A DNA stretch of 32,000 nt from Ferroglobus placidus DSM 10642. GTDB taxonomy: Archaea; Halobacteriota; Archaeoglobi; Archaeoglobales; Archaeoglobaceae. Made by a program: the position numbers and the translations under genes. The stretch's first letter is position 1. Every line of letters starts with the position of its first letter. Where the stretch lies: assembly GCF_000025505.1 (NCBI RefSeq), contig NC_013849.1, positions 150,001 to 182,000 on the forward strand, in the 5' to 3' direction. Below the pieces are notes generated by a model. That model did no database searches, was not told the DNA's origin, and saw only the letters and a program-made list of their open reading frames with translations. Positions 1 through 9,051 of this stretch are shown here, piece after piece.

Positions 1-68
1 ATGGACGTTATGAACATCGTGCTGGATTTGATAGATAAAGCTAAAAAGTTTGGAGCTTAAGGCAGAGT

Positions 69-938
69 ATGCTTGAAGTTTTCAGGGTCAACAGTGCGAA
101 GTTCGATGAGGGAATGCTTTACCACAACGGAGACGTGATAATAGGAGCGAACTCGAAACTCGACTACGGAGTTTCTGGAAAAAAGGTCGTTGTCGGAGAG
201 AGGTGTCACATAAAAGGAGATATAGTTTGCGAAGAGGTAAGACTCGATTCATGGGTTACCGTTGACGGAAGCGTGTTTTGCAAGGGAGACGCTTACATAG
301 GGGAGTTTTCCTCGATAAACGGAAAGCTCGTCGTTTATGGAAACTTAGAAATAGGTAGAAACGTCAGGATAAAAGAGGGATTTGAGGCGAAGGGTTTGAT
401 AACTATTCAAGACCCTCTTCCGATAATAATCTTCCTTTTCGTCTACATACTCGAACTCCTGAGGCTTGGAAAAATCGAAGAGGTTGAAAAGCTCTTCGAA
501 GAGGACTTCGAAAATCCTCTGATAATTCCGGAAAACAGCAAGCTCTCTTTGGAGTTCATCGAGCTGGATGCTAATGCCGAGATAAATTCTTCGAGAGTCG
601 TCGGAAACGTTAGAGGGAAAAACATCTTGCTGAAAGACTGCGAGGTGTTCGGTAGCGTTAGAGGAAGAGACGTTGCGGTGATGTCCTCGAAAATTCACGG
701 AGCAGTGGAGGGAAGAAAGGTTTACATAGTAAAAGAGAGTGAAATTTACGGATTCGTAAGGGGAGAAGAAGTTTTCATGGAGGAAGGTTGCAGCGTTGAA
801 GGAAGTATTGTTGGAAGGAAAGGTGTGTGGATTAAGGAGAATGTTGAGGTTCCGGAGTTGATCAAAATTGATGAGCTGGGACAGAGAGAAGTTCAGGAGA
901 ATGTTTCCGAACCTGTATCGGGAGATAGAGTCGGCTAA
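69..938 (+). CDS. Polymer-forming/bactofilin-like or hexapeptide-type beta-helix protein
   Basis: 289-aa ORF with repeated short G-V/I-x-G turns (GDVIIGANSKLDYGVSGKKVVVGERCHIKGDIVCEEV..., GSVIGRKG...), typical of left/right-handed beta-helix polymer-forming proteins. Confidence 0.6.
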   Translation: MLEVFRVNSAKFDEGMLYHNGDVIIGANSKLDYGVSGKKVVVGERCHIKGDIVCEEVRLDSWVTVDGSVFCKGDAYIGEFSSINGKLVVYGNLEIGRNVRIKEGFEAKGLITIQDPLPIIIFLFVYILELLRLGKIEEVEKLFEEDFENPLIIPENSKLSLEFIELDANAEINSSRVVGNVRGKNILLKDCEVFGSVRGRDVAVMSSKIHGAVEGRKVYIVKESEIYGFVRGEEVFMEEGCSVEGSIVGRKGVWIKENVEVPELIKIDELGQREVQENVSEPVSGDRVG

Positions 939-1131
939 AGTTCCCGACGTTCTCGATCACCTGGAGAGGTGCAAAACCGAAGAGGAGGCAATAGAGATTA
1001 TCGATTACTTCGAAAAGAGGGGGGAGATAACTAAAGAGTTCGCTAATTTTCTGAAGAGCAACAAAGCCCTCCTAAGATCGTTAATCGGAACGAGGGAAGC
1101 TGGAGAGTACGAAAGGTGGGGGCTTAGATGA
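868..1131 (+). CDS. Small conserved archaeal protein (DUF2095-like)
   Basis: 87-aa ORF, FRRMFPNLYREIE...VPDVLDHLERCKTEEEAIEIIDYFEKRGEIT; overlaps both neighbours in operon-like fashion. Confidence 0.6.
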   Translation: MMSWDREKFRRMFPNLYREIESAKVPDVLDHLERCKTEEEAIEIIDYFEKRGEITKEFANFLKSNKALLRSLIGTREAGEYERWGLR

Positions 1132-2285
1132 TAGAAATAGGCTTAGCTGGAAAGCCAAACGCTGGAAAATCGACTTTCTTCAAAGCCTCGACGATGGCTG
1201 ACGCTGAGATAGCAGACTACCCTTTCACAACGATAGAGCCGAACGTTGGTGTTGCTTACGTAAGAGTCGAATGCGTTTGCAAGGAGCTTGAAGTCTATCC
1301 GTGCGGTAACTGCGTTGAAGGGTGGAGGTTCATTCCGGTAAAAATTATAGACGTCGCAGGATTGGTTCCAGAAGCTCATAAAGGAAGAGGACTGGGAAAC
1401 GCTTTCCTCGACAACTTAAGGCAGGCTGATGCGATCATTCATGTAGTAGATGCGAGCGGATCGACCGATGAGGAGGGAAATGTAATTGAAGTCGGAGCGA
1501 GAGATCCAGTGGAGGACGTGAAATTCCTCGAAGAAGAGCTGGACATGTGGCTCTTCGGAATACTCAAAAGAAACTGGGATAAAATTATCAGAAGAATTCG
1601 CATGGAAAAGAGAGATCCGGCAAAATATTTGGCTGAAAATTTGGCTGGGCTGGGTTTCGATGAGATCACGATAAAAGAGGCGACGAGAAACGTGGACATA
1701 CTTAACGTTAGCGATGAAGACTTGTTATCCTTAGCTAAAAAACTCAGAAAACTCAGGTTTAAATCGGTGATAGCGGCGAACAAGGCTGACAAAGCTCCGG
1801 AGGAATTTATTAACAAGCTCGTGAAAATTGGAGCGATTCCGTGCTCGGCTTACTACGAATTGGCTTTGAGAATGGCAGCGAAGAACGGCTACATCAAATA
1901 TTTGCCCGGCGACGAGGATTTTGAAATTTTAAAAGAGCTCAACGAGAAACAGAGAAGTCTCCTCGAGAAAATCAGAAATTTCATGAAGAGATTTGGCGGA
2001 ACTGGTGTTCAGAAGATCATAAACAAGGTGGTTTTCGAGGAGCTAAACTACATCGTGGTTTATCCAGTAGAGGATGAAAACAAATTCACAGACAGCAAAG
2101 GAAACGTTTTACCTGATGCTATGCTTGTAAAAAAGGGAACAACAGCGAGGGAGCTTGCCTACAAAATTCACACGGAAATAGGAGAGAAGTACATCTACGC
2201 AGTTGATGCAAAAAAGAAGAGGAGAATTTCCGAGGACTACGAGCTCCAGCACAACGATGTGATAAAGATAGTTTCGGCAGCTTAG
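1128..2285 (+). CDS. YchF/OBG-family redox-regulated GTPase/ATPase
   Basis: G1 GKPNAGKSTFFKA; G3 DVAGLVPEAHKGRGLGNAFLDNLRQADAIIHVVD; G4 ANKAD; C-terminal TGS-like domain GTTARELAYKIHTEIGEKYIYAVDAKKKRRI. Confidence 0.93.
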   Translation: MIEIGLAGKPNAGKSTFFKASTMADAEIADYPFTTIEPNVGVAYVRVECVCKELEVYPCGNCVEGWRFIPVKIIDVAGLVPEAHKGRGLGNAFLDNLRQADAIIHVVDASGSTDEEGNVIEVGARDPVEDVKFLEEELDMWLFGILKRNWDKIIRRIRMEKRDPAKYLAENLAGLGFDEITIKEATRNVDILNVSDEDLLSLAKKLRKLRFKSVIAANKADKAPEEFINKLVKIGAIPCSAYYELALRMAAKNGYIKYLPGDEDFEILKELNEKQRSLLEKIRNFMKRFGGTGVQKIINKVVFEELNYIVVYPVEDENKFTDSKGNVLPDAMLVKKGTTARELAYKIHTEIGEKYIYAVDAKKKRRISEDYELQHNDVIKIVSAA

Positions 2286-2809
2286 TCAAGTTTGTATCCG
2301 AGTTTTTCGACCAGCTCTCTCCTTTCCTTCTTCTGCTCCTCGTTTTCTATCGCATTAACAGCCTGTCCGTCAACGACTCCGAGCACAGCTCTTCCAAGCT
2401 CGGTCTCGGCAACTATTACCTCCATCGGATTTGCTGAGGCAGCGTACACGTTGCAAACAGCCGGATGCTGCTTTATCGTGTTGAGAACGTTTATCGGAAA
2501 AGCGTTTTCTACAAAAACGACGAAAACATGGCTCGCTCCGATGTTTAACGCGTTTTTAGCAGCCAACTCTTTAAGCTTTTCGTCGTTTCCGGTTACTCTC
2601 GTAAGCTTCGGAGCTGCCTCGTTCATCGCAACCGCACACTTTATGTTCGGCACAGCCGTCAGCAAAGCCCTGAATATGTCGTCGCACGTAAAGATTGTGA
2701 AGTTCGCCTGCCCGATAATCACTTGATACTTGTTCTCGGGATTTTCTACCTTCACCACTTCGAGCTTCATAGTTCTATTCTTAGAAGCGCATTTATTAAC
2801 TTTATTCAT
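2282..2809 (-). CDS. Adenosine-specific kinase family (DUF355-like)
   Basis: 175-aa ORF with IKCAVAMNEAAPKLTRVTGNDEKLKELAAKNALNIGASHVFVVF...AETELGRAVLGVVDG, characteristic of the archaeal adenosine-specific kinase family. Confidence 0.75.
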   Translation of the reverse strand: MNKVNKCASKNRTMKLEVVKVENPENKYQVIIGQANFTIFTCDDIFRALLTAVPNIKCAVAMNEAAPKLTRVTGNDEKLKELAAKNALNIGASHVFVVFVENAFPINVLNTIKQHPAVCNVYAASANPMEVIVAETELGRAVLGVVDGQAVNAIENEEQKKERRELVEKLGYKLD

Positions 2810-2882
2810 TTTTCAATTTTAATTTAAATTCATCAAAAATATAATCGAGAAAACTTATTTGTCGGATGAGGAAAGTAAAATT

Positions 2883-3419
2883 ATGAGAGTAGTTATGCTC
2901 GCGGCTTTGCTTTCAGTAGTCTTGGTTGGATGTGCCCAGAAAGAGGTGGTAGACGTGGAAAAAAAGATGGAAGTCAAGTCTGTTTTCGAGAACATGGGCG
3001 AGATCCCGAAAAAGTACACATGCGACGGTAGCGACGTTTCTCCTCCTCTACGTATAGAAAACATACCCGAGAATGCGAAATCCCTCGTTATAATTTGCGA
3101 AGATCCAGATGCTCCACTCGGTGTTTTCACCCACTGGATCCTATTCAACGCTCCTCCGGAAAACGAGATTCCCGAAGGAATTCCCCACGGCAGAGTCATA
3201 GAGGAGCCGTTTCATGCGGTGCAGCTAAGAAACGACTTCGGCAAATATGGATATAACGGACCTTGTCCGCCTTCCGGAAAGCACAGGTACTTCTTCAAAG
3301 TGTACGCTTTAGATGTGAAACTCGATGAGAGCATTGAGACGAAGAAAGAGCTTTTGGATAAGATGAAGAACCACGTGATCGCCGAAGGTGTTCTCGTCGG
3401 AGTTTACGGAAGAGATTAA
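2883..3419 (+). CDS. YbhB/YbcL (PEBP/Raf kinase inhibitor-like) lipoprotein
   Basis: Lipobox SVVLVGCAQ; KYTCDGSDVSPPLRIENIPENAKSLVIICEDPDAPLGVFTHWILFNAP; SGKHRYFFKVYALD. ATG at 2883 preferred over the upstream start in the track. Confidence 0.88.
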   Translation: MRVVMLAALLSVVLVGCAQKEVVDVEKKMEVKSVFENMGEIPKKYTCDGSDVSPPLRIENIPENAKSLVIICEDPDAPLGVFTHWILFNAPPENEIPEGIPHGRVIEEPFHAVQLRNDFGKYGYNGPCPPSGKHRYFFKVYALDVKLDESIETKKELLDKMKNHVIAEGVLVGVYGRD

Positions 3420-4549
3420 AACAACTTTTTTTGTCTGGTTTTTTCTATGTTAAAGATGTCGTAGGCAGCTTTTTGGACTTTATCGACGTACTCTTTTTTC
3501 GTATAAACTCCGAATTTCAAAAGTTCACTCTGCAAACTTTTCAGCGTTTGAACTATCTTCGACACCTCGTCGAGCCTTCTAACTTCTCCTTCCATTTCAA
3601 CCAACGCTCCGTACTCTTCGCTCCTCTCTTCGGGAATGTCGACTATGACGAAGTTTTCGTCAATACCGCACTCCTCAGCGATGATTTGCTCAGCTCTCCA
3701 AGGCTTCACCTTTTTCAAATTCACCCCAACTTTATCCAAGCTCACGTAGACCGCTCTTTTAAACAAATCTCTCCGGTCGAGAGATTGGATTACGAACTTC
3801 GGAAAACGCTCGCTCCTCCTCATCAAAGCCACAACATCGTAATCGTCCATTTTCTGAAGCTCCTCGATCGAAAGCATATCGTTCTCGATCATCCACACCA
3901 ACGCTTTCTCGAACATCTTCTTCGCTATCCTGCAAACGTGATGGTAGTAGACTGCTGAATACATCATAAACCTCGAAACGAGCATCGATTCGGCAGCCCT
4001 TATACCTCCCTCTTCGATTACGAGCCTCTTTCCATCGAAGTACATCTTCTCTATCAGCCTCTGAACGTCGAAAACCCCGTAAGCTACTCCAGTATAGTAA
4101 GAATCTCTCACGAGGTAGTCCATTCTATCAACGTCAATGTCTCCGCTGACCGGACTCTCTTTTATTTTCTTTACGACTTTTTTCACGTCAATTCCGTACT
4201 TATCTAATATCTCCTCGAAATTCTCTTTGATTATTCCCTTGACATCCTCGTGTCTTCTTCGAGCGTACCTCTCAATTACCTTTTCTCCAGAGTGGCTGAA
4301 AGGAGTGTGCCCGATGTCGTGGAGGAGAGCTGCAGCAACTACCTCTTCATCCTCAACGAGCTTTCTCGCTAAGTGCATCGCTCCGAGAGAGTGCTCGAAC
4401 CTCGTGTGGTTTGCTCCGGGGTAAACCAAATTTGCGAAGCCGAGCTGTTTTATCCTCCTCAATCTCTGAAAGGCGGCGGTATCTATAATTTCCAGCTGCC
4501 ACTCCTCAAGTTTGATCGTTCCGTGTATTGTGTCCTGAACTATTTTCAT
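3416..4549 (-). CDS. HD superfamily phosphohydrolase (dNTPase/YedO-like)
   Basis: RFEHSLGAMHLARKLV...AALLHDIGHTPFSHSGE...DVDRMDYLVRDSYYTGV HD-domain motifs. Confidence 0.88.
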   Translation of the reverse strand: MKIVQDTIHGTIKLEEWQLEIIDTAAFQRLRRIKQLGFANLVYPGANHTRFEHSLGAMHLARKLVEDEEVVAAALLHDIGHTPFSHSGEKVIERYARRRHEDVKGIIKENFEEILDKYGIDVKKVVKKIKESPVSGDIDVDRMDYLVRDSYYTGVAYGVFDVQRLIEKMYFDGKRLVIEEGGIRAAESMLVSRFMMYSAVYYHHVCRIAKKMFEKALVWMIENDMLSIEELQKMDDYDVVALMRRSERFPKFVIQSLDRRDLFKRAVYVSLDKVGVNLKKVKPWRAEQIIAEECGIDENFVIVDIPEERSEEYGALVEMEGEVRRLDEVSKIVQTLKSLQSELLKFGVYTKKEYVDKVQKAAYDIFNIEKTRQKKLF

Positions 4550-4633
4550 TTACTAAATGCTTCTGCAAGAAGTTTAATGAGTTTTTCCGTAAAAGTTTCA
4601 TTAATTACTGTCCATTAAATTTACAATCGGGGG

Positions 4634-5575
4634 GTGATACCCTTGAGGAATATTGCTTGTATTGGTGTTGGCACAATTGGTAGCAGCTGGGCAGCACTAT
4701 TTGCTTGGAACGAACTTCAAGTAAGAATATATGACGCAAATTCAGAAGCTATCGAAAAAGCTATTAACAATATAGAAGCTGCTTTAGAAATTTTACGAGA
4801 GATCACTGGTGATAAAAGAAGCCCGAAAGATCTCTTAGATAAGATATATATTGCTAAAAATCTTGAAGATGCGTTAATTGGGGTTCAATACGTTCAAGAA
4901 TCTGCAGCCGAGAGTTATGAAGTAAAAAAGAGCTTGTTTAAAGCCATGGATGAATTTACAGAGAGTGAAACAATACTCGCAACAAGTACCTCAGGTTTAA
5001 GAATCTCAGAAATTCAAAAAGCTGCAAGAAGACATCCAGAGAGGTGTATTACTGTACATCCTTTCAATCCGCCACATATCATACCACTCGTAGAAATTGT
5101 ACCCGGAGAGCTGACTAGTGAAGAGGTCCTCAGAAGGACTGTAGAATTTATGAAGAGATTGAACAAAAAACCGGTGATTGTAAAAAAAGACATACCTGGA
5201 ATGATTGCTAATAGATTAACTGCAGCTCTCTGGAGAGAAGCAGTAAATCTCGTTCACATGGGCATAGCTACTCCGGAAGAAATTGATACAGCTGTAAAAT
5301 ATGGACCTGGACTTAGATGGGCTATTACTGGAGTTTTCCTAACTTATCATCTCGGAGGAGGTAAAGAAGGAATTAAGCATTTTTTGGAGTCTTTAAAAGA
5401 GTCTTTCAGCTTACGATGGAAAGATTTAGCTAAGTGGACGGAATATCCCCCAGGATCGTTTGAAAAAATCATTAAAGGGATGGAGAAGTATCCGATACTC
5501 AGCAAAATGTCATATGATGAGATAACAAAATGGAGAGACATGAAAATAATCGAAATTTTAAAAATTATTAGGTAG
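4634..5575 (+). CDS. 3-hydroxyacyl-CoA dehydrogenase-family NAD-binding dehydrogenase (carnitine/gulonate dehydrogenase-like)
   Basis: GTG start; Rossmann motif IGVGTIGSSWAALFA; ETILATSTSGLRISEI; HPFNPPHIIPLVEIVPG; KDIPGMIANRLTAALWREA. Confidence 0.85.
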   Translation: MIPLRNIACIGVGTIGSSWAALFAWNELQVRIYDANSEAIEKAINNIEAALEILREITGDKRSPKDLLDKIYIAKNLEDALIGVQYVQESAAESYEVKKSLFKAMDEFTESETILATSTSGLRISEIQKAARRHPERCITVHPFNPPHIIPLVEIVPGELTSEEVLRRTVEFMKRLNKKPVIVKKDIPGMIANRLTAALWREAVNLVHMGIATPEEIDTAVKYGPGLRWAITGVFLTYHLGGGKEGIKHFLESLKESFSLRWKDLAKWTEYPPGSFEKIIKGMEKYPILSKMSYDEITKWRDMKIIEILKIIR

Positions 5576-5580
5576 TGTCA

Positions 5581-6027
5581 CTATAATGTTGATAAATTAT
5601 AGTAGTGTATCCATAGTTTAAGAGAGTTTTCGAGCATTTCGATGGATTTCGAGAATCTGATTGATTTTCTTGCGAATCTCGGATTGTCGTTTCGTAAAGT
5701 TAAGAATAACCTTTCAACGTGGTTCGTTCCTCCCTTCTTTATTATTCTCTGCTTGTAAGGTATCAAATTGTAAGCGTCCCAGCGATCCGTGTAAAAGATT
5801 GCTTCTCGCTTTATTTCATCGCCAATTCCATCCCACAATTTCTTGAAAGTATCCACAGAACGATCTCCTATTGCATAACTTATTATTTTTCGGGAATTTC
5901 TCTCTAAAGCAATCCAAATCCAGATTTCGTTTTCCTTTTTCTTAACAAAACTCCAAGCTTCATCTAACTCGATAACAGGCTTTTCCGATCTAATCTCATT
6001 TCTCAGGTCTTTTTTTAGAAAATTCTC
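5581..6027 (-). CDS. IS1-like InsB: DDE catalytic part, in a different frame
   Basis: Manual translation of the minus strand gives ...PVIELDEAWSFVKKKENEIWIWIALERNSRKIISYAIGDRSVDTFKKLWDGIGDEIKREAIFYTDRWDAYNLIPYKQRI...NHVERLFLTLRNDNPRFARKS... No independent start is obvious; the track lists only 5581..5856. Confidence 0.75.
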   Translation of the reverse strand, partial: ENFLKKDLRNEIRSEKPVIELDEAWSFVKKKENEIWIWIALERNSRKIISYAIGDRSVDTFKKLWDGIGDEIKREAIFYTDRWDAYNLIPYKQRIIKKGGTNHVERLFLTLRNDNPRFARKSIRFSKSIEMLENSLKLWIHYYNLSTL

Positions 6028-6280
6028 TTACCCAAGCTGTCACAGTGTTAGGAGAAAGCTTGAAAATTCTGCTCGCTTGTCTTATCCCTACACCCTCCTT
6101 CACAACAGCTCTAACTACCATCTCCTTAAATTCCTCGGGATAATTCCTCGGCTTTATCGGATTCAAAACGAAAGTTCTCCCGCAGCTCTTGCATTTGTAT
6201 CTCTGCCTCCTCTCACCAGATTTCGTGTAATAATGCCCCATCCTAACAACTTCCACCGACTTACAATGCGGACATGTCAT
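5996..6280 (-). CDS. IS1-like InsA: N-terminal zinc finger plus HTH
   Basis: MTCPHCKSVEVVRMGHYYTKSGERRQRYKCKSCGRTFV zinc finger; IRQASRIFKLSPNTVTAWVREF HTH. Confidence 0.85.
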   Translation of the reverse strand: MTCPHCKSVEVVRMGHYYTKSGERRQRYKCKSCGRTFVLNPIKPRNYPEEFKEMVVRAVVKEGVGIRQASRIFKLSPNTVTAWVREFSKKRPEK

Positions 6281-6314
6281 CTTTATATTAAAATATACAC
6301 TTAATCAAAACCAG

Positions 6315-6566
6315 TTATTCTTGAAGCGCATTGACGACCTCTTCACCCAACTCAGTCCTTTTGTAAATTCTTCCAACTTTTTCATTTGGCGTCAAGCACT
6401 CGACTAACCCTTCTCTTTCCAACTCTCTTATCGCTCTGCTTACGTGCGGTAAACTGAGTTTTAGTTCTCCCGCTATTTGTGCAGGAGTTTTTGGTTTATC
6501 TAAGTGAAGAAGAACGAGTTTTCTGTTCTTAGACCTTACGACGAAGCTGTATTTCGACCAATCCAT
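6315..6566 (-). CDS. Winged-helix HTH transcriptional regulator (ArsR/MarR-like)
   Basis: 83-aa ORF: RSKNRKLVLLHLDKPKTPAQIAGELKLSLPHVSRAIRELEREGLVECLTPNEKVGRIYKRTELGEEV. Confidence 0.8.
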   Translation of the reverse strand: MDWSKYSFVVRSKNRKLVLLHLDKPKTPAQIAGELKLSLPHVSRAIRELEREGLVECLTPNEKVGRIYKRTELGEEVVNALQE

Positions 6567-6585
6567 ATGAATCTGGCTTCGAAAG

Positions 6586-6593
6586 TTTTATAA
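6586..6593 (+). promoter_or_regulatory. TATA-box-like TTTTATAAA
   Basis: TTTTATAAA about 60 nt upstream of the lipoprotein ATG at 6651, next to the ATTAC repeat array. Confidence 0.5.
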
Positions 6594-6600
6594 ACGATCT

Positions 6601-6638
6601 ATTACCGATCTATTACCAAACAATTACCAACAAATTAC
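6601..6638 (+). repeat. Four ATTAC boxes with exact 11-bp period, candidate operator
   Basis: ATTAC at 6601-6605, 6612-6616, 6623-6627 and 6634-6638 within ctATTACCgatctATTACCaaacaATTACCaacaaATTACgg. Confidence 0.75.
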
Positions 6639-6650
6639 GGAGGGTTGAGA

Positions 6651-8996
6651 ATGCGGACGACCCTCCTTTTTCTTTTGCTAATAGCCATTCTTCTGTTCGG
6701 GTGCGCTCAACCAATTGAGAAAGCAAAAGCCGACACGGACATGGACGGTTTAACCGACGCTGAGGAAGAAAAGTACAACACAGATCCGAAGAACCCCGAC
6801 ACAGACAACGACGGCTTGAAGGACGGAGAAGAAATAAAGTTGGGAACGAGTCCCGTTGACTTCGACACCGACGGGGACGGGTTGAGCGACGGAGACGAAG
6901 TTAACAAGTACTCAACCGATCCGAAAGATCTCGACACTGACAACGATGGACTAGAAGACGGATACGAGGTCATGAGCGTCGGAACGGATCCGAGTAAGTC
7001 TGATACTGATGGAGACAAGCTGAATGATAAAGAAGAGCTTGACGTTTTCAGAACGGACCCAAAGAAGTCTGACACTGACGGTGACGGTTTGGACGACTAC
7101 TATGAAGTAAAAATTACTAAAACCGATCCGCTGAAGAGAGACACCGATAACGACGGGTTGATCGATTACAAAGAGGTTAAGGTCGTCGGCAGCGATCCGT
7201 TGGATCCAGACACCGACGACGACGGATACGGAGACGGAGTTGACCTCTGGCCGCTGGAGAACAAAGGAATCAGAATTGATGTGAAATATTACAAAGTCGA
7301 GAACGCCGACGGAATACTCTTCGACTACTCAGATCCTTACCTCAAGGTTTACGTCAACGGTGAAGAATACAAGACTGGTTACTACGACAACGTTCAGGAG
7401 AAGCGAAACCCGTGGGTTATCGATATAGACACGCCCGACGACATAAAGACGGCGAGTGTGCGCATCTTCCTACTCGACGAAGACGACCTGTGGAACCCGA
7501 GCGATGAAGATGACGCTTTCGACATATACGGAGGGAGCGTTCAGAAATACTGGATTTCGATCGACTACGAAATAGACTCGGCTCCAGTTTTCGTGCACGA
7601 AGATGGGTCTAAGGACGGGGCAAACGAGCTGGACGGGGTAATAGAGCTCGAAATTTCGACGATCACAATAACCAGTACGAAGTTCGTCGGAGAAGAAAGA
7701 AGAGTCAACCTCTCGTCGGAATCTCCAAGTCCCACATCTAGCGTTTCGTCTCGAGAGGAAATCCAGTTAGAAACCCCACCATACGCCGAATACGAGTGGA
7801 TAGATCTCAACAAGAGCTTGAAAACCGTTACGATTGAAGGAAAAACCTACGAAACTGGATTGCTCGGTAAAATGTACGTTCCGAAGGAGATAGAAGTTGG
7901 AAAGACTTACCCGATATACATCTTGTTGTCAAGGGAGCTGAAAGAAGATGAAGTTCTTCGAAAGATATTAGAGGGTATTCGATTCTGCGTAGCTCCCGGC
8001 ATTAGGATCGATACGACGAATAACGAATTAAAACTGTACCTCCACCTTTCCTTCTCGCTCCTTGTGAAAACTTGGATGAAACACTACTGGTTGTCGAGTT
8101 CAAACCTGTCGAAGATATCTTACAGAATGGACGAGGGTCTAACGGATTTGGATCTTGAAGACGTAAAACCGGGAGAGTGGAAAGTTTTCAGGATGGAAGT
8201 TCTCGTAGAGCCGCCAGAAGTTGTGACGCTGCAAACGGAACCGCTAAGAATGTCTGTTGAAATCGAAGCTGATACGCTTAAAAACGGTATGTGGATCCCG
8301 TGGAGAGACAATATTGGCGTGTGGGTGGAACATAAGTATGAGGACGTCTTTTTAGTCGGCGTTTACGAGAGAGAGTTGAACAAGGCAAACGTCTGCCCCG
8401 GAGTAGGTGTAACTTCAGCGGGACTCCTTCAAGTGCACCTTGGCGTCGGATTTGGAGAAGATGAGAATGACTGGGACGAGGCAGTTATACACATAAATTT
8501 AATGCCCCTACCATTCACAACTACACAATTCACAACTACAATGAGACCATCTGAGTGCGAATGGGACCAAATCGACTGGTACGAAGTGAAGTTAAACCTT
8601 AACGGATACATAAAACGTCTAGAAACGCACGAAAACGGGCACATAGAGGTAGTTGCTCTCACGGATGAAGCGCAAGTGGGGTCGACGGAGTCTGGAAGAG
8701 ACATTTACTCGGTTCGGGTTGAGGGAACATTCAAGAATAACTACGGAGTCATCAGACAGATCAATACGACGCTGTACTATCTCGGTGAAAAGGGAATCAA
8801 ACGAGGAGATCGAGTTGAAGGTTACGTAAAGTTCGTTAAATTGGCGTCCTCGAACAAAGCGTTTTTGTCAGCTCTAGAAGACTGTTACTACATCGTGGTG
8901 CCGCGAGAGGAGGGTGGCGTTATAATCGTGCCGCAACCGGGTGAAGAATTGATAAACGAAACTCAACAATCTCAAGTCTCAGTAAACCTCAGTTAA
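6651..8996 (+). CDS. Large secreted lipoprotein with thrombospondin type-3-like Ca-binding repeats
   Basis: Lipobox [12 protein letters not shown]; eight DTDxDG-type repeats; GGAGGG upstream of ATG 6651 (the track starts at TTG 6645). Confidence 0.85.
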   Translation: MRTTLLFLLLIAILLFGCAQPIEKAKADTDMDGLTDAEEEKYNTDPKNPDTDNDGLKDGEEIKLGTSPVDFDTDGDGLSDGDEVNKYSTDPKDLDTDNDGLEDGYEVMSVGTDPSKSDTDGDKLNDKEELDVFRTDPKKSDTDGDGLDDYYEVKITKTDPLKRDTDNDGLIDYKEVKVVGSDPLDPDTDDDGYGDGVDLWPLENKGIRIDVKYYKVENADGILFDYSDPYLKVYVNGEEYKTGYYDNVQEKRNPWVIDIDTPDDIKTASVRIFLLDEDDLWNPSDEDDAFDIYGGSVQKYWISIDYEIDSAPVFVHEDGSKDGANELDGVIELEISTITITSTKFVGEERRVNLSSESPSPTSSVSSREEIQLETPPYAEYEWIDLNKSLKTVTIEGKTYETGLLGKMYVPKEIEVGKTYPIYILLSRELKEDEVLRKILEGIRFCVAPGIRIDTTNNELKLYLHLSFSLLVKTWMKHYWLSSSNLSKISYRMDEGLTDLDLEDVKPGEWKVFRMEVLVEPPEVVTLQTEPLRMSVEIEADTLKNGMWIPWRDNIGVWVEHKYEDVFLVGVYERELNKANVCPGVGVTSAGLLQVHLGVGFGEDENDWDEAVIHINLMPLPFTTTQFTTTMRPSECEWDQIDWYEVKLNLNGYIKRLETHENGHIEVVALTDEAQVGSTESGRDIYSVRVEGTFKNNYGVIRQINTTLYYLGEKGIKRGDRVEGYVKFVKLASSNKAFLSALEDCYYIVVPREEGGVIIVPQPGEELINETQQSQVSVNLS
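6732..7235 (+). repeat. Coding repeats: eight DTD(M/N/G/D)D(G/K) TSP3-like units
   Basis: DTDMDG, DTDNDG, DTDGDG, DTDNDG, DTDGDK, DTDGDG, DTDNDG, DTDDDG, spaced about 23 aa. Confidence 0.85.
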
Positions 8997-9051
8997 AATT
9001 TTTAAATTAATTTTTCGACAATAACTTGTCGTTGGTTAGTCATTTGTTTTA

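Larger units (their letters stand above)
5571..6310 (-). mobile_element. IS1-like insertion element (approximate bounds)
   Basis: Two transposase ORFs on the minus strand; putative weak terminal similarity AGTGT...ATA (left, about 5574) versus ...TATACACT (right, about 6291-6300). Boundaries are estimated. Confidence 0.65.

Noticed and set aside
1-60. Open reading MDVMNIVLDLIDKAKKFGA*
   Set aside because: Probably the tail of a gene beginning outside the window; too short to assign, though it may be in frame with an upstream CDS.
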